This document shows, piece after piece, positions 16,417 to 20,000 of a DNA stretch of 20,000 nucleotides. The stretch's first letter is position 1. Every line of letters begins with the position of its first letter. The notes under the pieces are model-generated. The model was not told the origin of the DNA. It ran no database searches and saw nothing but the letters and a program-made list of their open reading frames with translations. Position numbers and translations under genes: made by a program. Source of the DNA: an uncultured virus (IMG/VR IMGVR_UViG_3300042356_000546) (Duplodnaviria; Heunggongvirae; Uroviricota; Caudoviricetes); IMG/VR virus record IMGVR_UViG_3300042356_000546; one strand, 5' to 3'.

Positions 16417-16868
16417 AATGATGCGTCTTCTAATCCCGACACTCGTAATTTAACAATGTTGCTGAGATGCCATTGTTTCTGATCGAGTGCTTTAATAATG
16501 CCCAACCACTTGTTTCTAAGTAGGGCAAAATCGTTGATAATTTTTTCAAAATCTACCACGTCAGCTTCACCTTCTACAAACTTTTCACAGTCTCTAGAGC
16601 TTAGTTGACGTTGGTAGTTTTCGAGATATTTGCGAAAGTGTTGACTGCGAAGTCTACGAAGTTCAATGTTTAAGTACTCAAGGATACCTTCAATTTCTTG
16701 AAGTTGATTAAAGCGTTCTTCCACAATGCCGGGCATCTGCGAACTTGCCTTCTCGATGTTTCCCGCTATGCGGACATCTTGTTTTGCTTCGATTAACTCA
16801 GCTTCATAATAGGCCACAGCATCGGGAATGTTGCTTATATCTTTGCTAACCCTGTCATACCAATTCAT
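16413..16868 (-). CDS. uvsY: UvsY-like recombination mediator
   Basis: 151-aa all-helical pattern with UvsY-like size and C-terminus (KFVEGEAD...LGIIKALDQKQWHLSNIVKLR). Lies downstream of uvsX. Confidence 0.75.
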   Translation of the reverse strand: MNWYDRVSKDISNIPDAVAYYEAELIEAKQDVRIAGNIEKASSQMPGIVEERFNQLQEIEGILEYLNIELRRLRSQHFRKYLENYQRQLSSRDCEKFVEGEADVVDFEKIINDFALLRNKWLGIIKALDQKQWHLSNIVKLRVSGLEDASL

Positions 16869-17108
16869 TTATTCCTCGTCTTCGTCGTAGTATTCTTCTT
16901 CCTCGTCTACAATTTCTTCACCGTCGATTGAATATTCTATTGCAGTGTCTAGGTAAGGATCGACGCCAAGAAGGCTTTCAAGTGTTGATTCTTTAATACC
17001 GTAATCTAATAGTGTGTTAACAAAATCGGCAGCTAGATCTTTTCTATGCTTTTCTGGAATATGCTCAATGACCAATGTCCAGATATCTGCAATCAAGTCG
17101 TCTTTCAT
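16869..17108 (-). CDS. Small acidic hypothetical protein
   Basis: 79 aa, ATGA overlap with the uvsX stop, abuts the uvsY start. Tail is DGEEIVDEEEEYYDEDEE. Confidence 0.8.
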   Translation of the reverse strand: MKDDLIADIWTLVIEHIPEKHRKDLAADFVNTLLDYGIKESTLESLLGVDPYLDTAIEYSIDGEEIVDEEEEYYDEDEE

Positions 17109-18184
17109 TCGGTGACCTCCAAGTCTGATTCAACTGTAGTAGTTATCTCAGAAGTGGAAATTTCACCGTGTTTTGAAATGTCAGCCATTGCAATGTCTAG
17201 TCCGTCTTTCTCGTTGCGTTCCCAGGCCTTGCGGAACTGCTTGATAATCTCACCATCTTTGGTAGTGTATACAAGACTGTTTCCTTCTTTCTTGAGCATG
17301 CCTTTTGCTTCGAACAGATCGACCAATCCACTATATGGACTCATACCTGTTTCATAAGGAATCTCAACCTGTACACTTTCAAACGGTTTTGCATAACGAG
17401 TTTTCATAATCTTACAGGCTGCACGAATACCTTGTACAGTTGTAGTCTTATTACCATCTGCATCAAGTTTTAATTTTAATTTACGCATAGCAACAACGAT
17501 AGAGCTGGCGTAGATGAAACCTTGACCGCCCGAAATCTTGTCATCTGGATCAAACATGTCTTGACTGGCGTAGGTGTGATTAGTACATACCATGCCAATA
17601 TTGTAGCTACCGAACATATTGACACAGTTACGAACAAGTGCGGTTAGCGCCTTAGGCTTGCGACCCATGTCACCTTTCATATCACCTGCTTGAAATTGAT
17701 TAACATCAGTAGGAGTCAACAACATGCCCAATGAATCTATGATGAACAATATCTTAGGTCGATCTGCTTCATCCATTGTTTTGTATTCTGCAATAAATTC
17801 TGTAATGGTCTTTGCCACATCATCGATCATGGCCATATTAAGTTTCAACAACTTATCTGGACTTGTGTCAACACCGAGAGCGTGTAGCCACTTTTCGTCA
17901 AGTGCATTTTCTGTATCAATCAAGATAGGATAAATGCCCTGTGCTTGTGCATTCTTGACTAGGTTACCTGAACAGATAAAACTCTTACCTGCACCAGATT
18001 CACCAGCAAATACTGTTACCTTACCTAACGGAATACCACGATCGAAATATCCGCTGATCAAATAGTTTAATGCGTAGTTGTTTGTGCTAACCCAGTCAGT
18101 TGGGTCATTAAAACCAATACTCAGTCCGTCGATAGACTTGGTAATTGACTTTCTAAATTTACTGATATCAAATGCTTTTGCCAT
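17105..18184 (-). CDS. uvsX: UvsX/RecA-like recombinase
   Basis: Walker A AGESGAGKS, IDTENA, Walker B IIDSLG, TNHTY and SGG motifs. Confidence 0.95.
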   Translation of the reverse strand: MAKAFDISKFRKSITKSIDGLSIGFNDPTDWVSTNNYALNYLISGYFDRGIPLGKVTVFAGESGAGKSFICSGNLVKNAQAQGIYPILIDTENALDEKWLHALGVDTSPDKLLKLNMAMIDDVAKTITEFIAEYKTMDEADRPKILFIIDSLGMLLTPTDVNQFQAGDMKGDMGRKPKALTALVRNCVNMFGSYNIGMVCTNHTYASQDMFDPDDKISGGQGFIYASSIVVAMRKLKLKLDADGNKTTTVQGIRAACKIMKTRYAKPFESVQVEIPYETGMSPYSGLVDLFEAKGMLKKEGNSLVYTTKDGEIIKQFRKAWERNEKDGLDIAMADISKHGEISTSEITTTVESDLEVTE

Positions 18185-18396
18185 TATAGTTCACCCTTTG
18201 GTAATTTCTTTGGGCTTACAACAATGTCTTCTCGACCAATTGCTTGTAGCCAAGTGTTTAGTCTTTTAATTATAACAGAATCATCCTTAGGATTATCGAA
18301 TCTAATATCAATATCCGCCACAGTGTCGCCAGATTGATCTTCGCGACTATTATAACTTAGAGAAAAGTTCTCATTTACTTTTAATATTTTTGCCAT
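18184..18396 (-). CDS. Hypothetical protein
   Basis: 70 aa, strong SD (AGGAG) 8 nt before ATG, TAATG coupling to uvsX. Confidence 0.8.
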   Translation of the reverse strand: MAKILKVNENFSLSYNSREDQSGDTVADIDIRFDNPKDDSVIIKRLNTWLQAIGREDIVVSPKKLPKGEL

Positions 18397-18408
18397 TATT
18401 ATTCTCCT

Positions 18409-18444
18409 GAAATGAAAGAGAGTACGAGCTCACGCTCGTACTCT
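18409..18444 (-). terminator. Hairpin after ssb: probable leaky intrinsic terminator or mRNA stabiliser
   Basis: Perfect 11-bp stem AGAGTACGAGC/GCTCGTACTCT (18419-18444) with a GTGA (GNRA) loop on the minus strand, followed by the imperfect U-tract CTTTCATTTC. Confidence 0.75.
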
Positions 18445-18455
18445 TGACTAGCAAT

Positions 18456-19439
18456 TTACTTCTGACGATTGCGAATCATGGCAAGAATGTCTTGCGCACG
18501 ACTAGCACCATCGCTAGCTGGTTGAGCTGCCGGAGCACTGGCTTTGACAGCTGGTTCATCAGCATCAAAAGGAGCGTCTTCGGCTGCAGGAGCGGTCACT
18601 GCGGCACGTGGTGCGGCAGCTTTATTAGGATCGCCCGTGGCCTGTCCCATACCTGCTGGCTTGAAGTATTGACCCCAACGATCCATGTCATATGCTTCAC
18701 CGTCTACCGACGCTTCAAACATTTCTTTCATGACCTTGAGCTCAACATCGGTAGGCTTCTTGGGCAAGAAGTCGCTTAAATTAAATAAGCCGTGAGCTTC
18801 AATGGCTGCTGCTTCAACTTCCGTTAAAGAACGTTCACGACGGCTCCATTTTGATGTAGAGTAGTCAGCAAAGCCACCTTTAGATGTCTTGGCAATACGG
18901 AAGTCTACGCCCTTGAGGTAGTCAGTTGGCAGTTCTTCCAACTCTGGATCCATCAATGCTGAACGGATGATTTGATAGATTTGAGGACCGATGATAAATC
19001 TACGAATTGGATTCTCAGGTTGCTTATCTTCCTTAATAGGATCTTCAACCACAAATCCTTGGAAAATGTATGAACGCTTTTTCCAATACTTACGACCCAT
19101 CTCTTCCAATGATTTATCTTTGAACCAACCACGCACTTCTGAAAGGATTGGGCAAACTGTACCATCGTTGTACATTTCAACGCAAGGAACTTGCACTTGA
19201 ACTGGACGACTATCTGTTTCACCTTTGATACCTGCGAACGGCAATTTGATCATTGCACGTTCTACCCAGAAAAATGTATTGGCAGAGTTGCCATCGGGTA
19301 GCAAACGGATGACCGCTTCCTTGCCTTCTTGCATGTTCCAATGTGGGTAAATTGCGTTGTCTCCACCGCCTGTGGATTGTCCTGTGGACTTTGATTGTGC
19401 TTCTTGAAGTTTAGCACGGATTTCTGCGAGTGATGCCAT
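18456..19439 (-). CDS. T4 gp32-like single-stranded DNA-binding protein
   Basis: AVIRLLP, C-x9-CPI, YWKKRSY, FIIGPQIYQII, GVDFRI and GGFADYSTSKW match the gp32 core. Ala/Pro linker and SD AAGGAGG. Confidence 0.9.
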   Translation of the reverse strand: MASLAEIRAKLQEAQSKSTGQSTGGGDNAIYPHWNMQEGKEAVIRLLPDGNSANTFFWVERAMIKLPFAGIKGETDSRPVQVQVPCVEMYNDGTVCPILSEVRGWFKDKSLEEMGRKYWKKRSYIFQGFVVEDPIKEDKQPENPIRRFIIGPQIYQIIRSALMDPELEELPTDYLKGVDFRIAKTSKGGFADYSTSKWSRRERSLTEVEAAAIEAHGLFNLSDFLPKKPTDVELKVMKEMFEASVDGEAYDMDRWGQYFKPAGMGQATGDPNKAAAPRAAVTAPAAEDAPFDADEPAVKASAPAAQPASDGASRAQDILAMIRNRQK

Positions 19440-19503
19440 TTTAAATGCCTCCTTGTGTTATGCCTAAAATGTTTATATGCCTTATGCACATGTATTATTA
19501 TGC
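19433..19503 (-). repeat. (A)GGCAT/GCATAA short repeats in the ssb leader
   Basis: AGGCAT at 19482-19477, 19465-19460 and 19450-19445; GGCAT at 19437-19433; GCATAA at 19503-19498 and 19487-19482. Confidence 0.7.
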
Positions 19504-19525
19504 GCTTTTTATTTAGCAAGGTCAA
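19497..19525 (-). promoter_or_regulatory. Sigma70-type promoter for ssb with a nested TAAATA box
   Basis: TTGACC (19525-19520), 17 nt, CATAAT (19502-19497). TAAATA lies at 19515-19510 inside the spacer. Confidence 0.75.
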
Positions 19526-19558
19526 TGATTATCTGCTATTTTTTTGATTTATTTTACC

Positions 19559-19588
19559 AAAAGAAAAAAGTGGGTCAAGCCCACTTTT
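19559..19588 (-). terminator. Intrinsic terminator
   Basis: AAAAGTGGG-CTTGA-CCCACTTTT followed by TTCTTTT on the minus strand. Confidence 0.8.
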
Positions 19589-19749
19589 CTCTATATGCTG
19601 CCATTGCTCTTTGTCTAGCTAGCCATAATCTAAACTTCACATAGTCTGATAAGTCATCTTCTACTAACTGACCAAAATTGCGAGCCTTTAGATTACGACC
19701 AAATGTGATCTCATCATCAACAATGAGATCGCTATCTTCTAGGTCAAGT
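19575..19749 (-). CDS. Probable coding segment with unresolved start (+1 frame relative to the upstream secreted-protein gene)
   Basis: Fills the whole gap up to the terminator with a protein-like sequence: an acidic stretch then the helix LSDYVKFRLWLARQRAMAAYREKWA. No ATG or SD near its beginning. Confidence 0.5.
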
Positions 19750-19968
19750 TTACTTAGCGGCTTTTGCGTCTGCTTTAGCTGGCTCTTTCTTAGCAGGTTC
19801 GCTTTTTGCAGGCTTTTTCTCTTCCTTCTTAACTTCAGCCTTAGCTGGTGTTGGAGCACTTGCTGTTGCAGCCGGTGCTGCTGGCTTGGCTTCTTCTTTC
19901 TTGGCAGGTGCTTGTGCAAATGCTGATACTGCGAACACGGTAGCGAGGATTGCGATTGCTGATTTCAT
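19750..19968 (-). CDS. Small secreted Ala/Lys/Pro/Glu-rich low-complexity protein (compositionally like acid-shock protein Asr)
   Basis: SD AAGGA, signal peptide MKSAIAILATVFAVSAFA|QA with an AxA cleavage site, repeated PAK units. Confidence 0.85.
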   Translation of the reverse strand: MKSAIAILATVFAVSAFAQAPAKKEEAKPAAPAATASAPTPAKAEVKKEEKKPAKSEPAKKEPAKADAKAAK

Positions 19969-20000
19969 TTTAAAGTTTCCTTTTGGTTAAGTAGGAATTT

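Noticed and set aside
19750..19919. Rz/Rz1-like nested spanin pair
   Set aside because: No lipobox Cys in either frame and no coiled-coil periplasmic domain behind a membrane anchor.
48..19926. Many short antisense or alternate-frame ORFs in the track (e.g. 1001-1186, 7217-7531, 11029-11361, 17046-17357, 18444-18779, 19262-19525, 19678-19926)
   Set aside because: They overlap well-supported genes, lack RBS and motifs, and look like shadow ORFs.
1..20000. Alternative genetic code (stop-codon reassignment), seen in some large phages
   Set aside because: Known proteins are full length under the standard code, and TAA, TGA and TAG all end genes at tight junctions.
1..20000. tRNA, rRNA, CRISPR array, intron, transposase or homing endonuclease
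   Set aside because: Intergenic gaps are all under about 140 bp with no such structures. UvsX, UvsW and the SSB are uninterrupted.

Overview
This is a densely coding 20-kb segment of a large T4-related (jumbo-type) dsDNA phage, standard genetic code, mostly on the minus strand. Replication/recombination genes flank it: gp32-like SSB, UvsX/RecA and UvsY on the right, a UvsW-like SF2 helicase on the left. Between uvsY and the helicase operon lies a ~12.8-kb, 14-gene glycan-biosynthesis cluster. It holds nucleotide-sugar enzymes (Gmd, a ColD-like His-type PLP dehydratase, an extended SDR epimerase, an HXGH nucleotidyltransferase-cupin fusion), about ten glycosyltransferase-like domains and one or two methyltransferase-like proteins. 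The GT-like domains include three Capsule_synth/KpsS-like paralogs, three related WxDAD GT-A domains, and CDI/GT8-like, GT17, GT32 and CAP59-like members. The cluster has no evident membrane proteins, flippase, polymerase or priming transferase. Several of its transcription units are preceded by TAAATA (T4 late-promoter-like) boxes, which suggests late, cytoplasmic glycosylation, possibly of the virion. Other notable items are probable leaderless promoters, an AGGCAT-repeat leader on the ssb gene, a possible degenerate Hint-fold protein after uvsW, and a protein-like +1-frame ORF with no good start overlapping a small secreted protein. All family assignments come from motif recognition by eye; no database searches were run.
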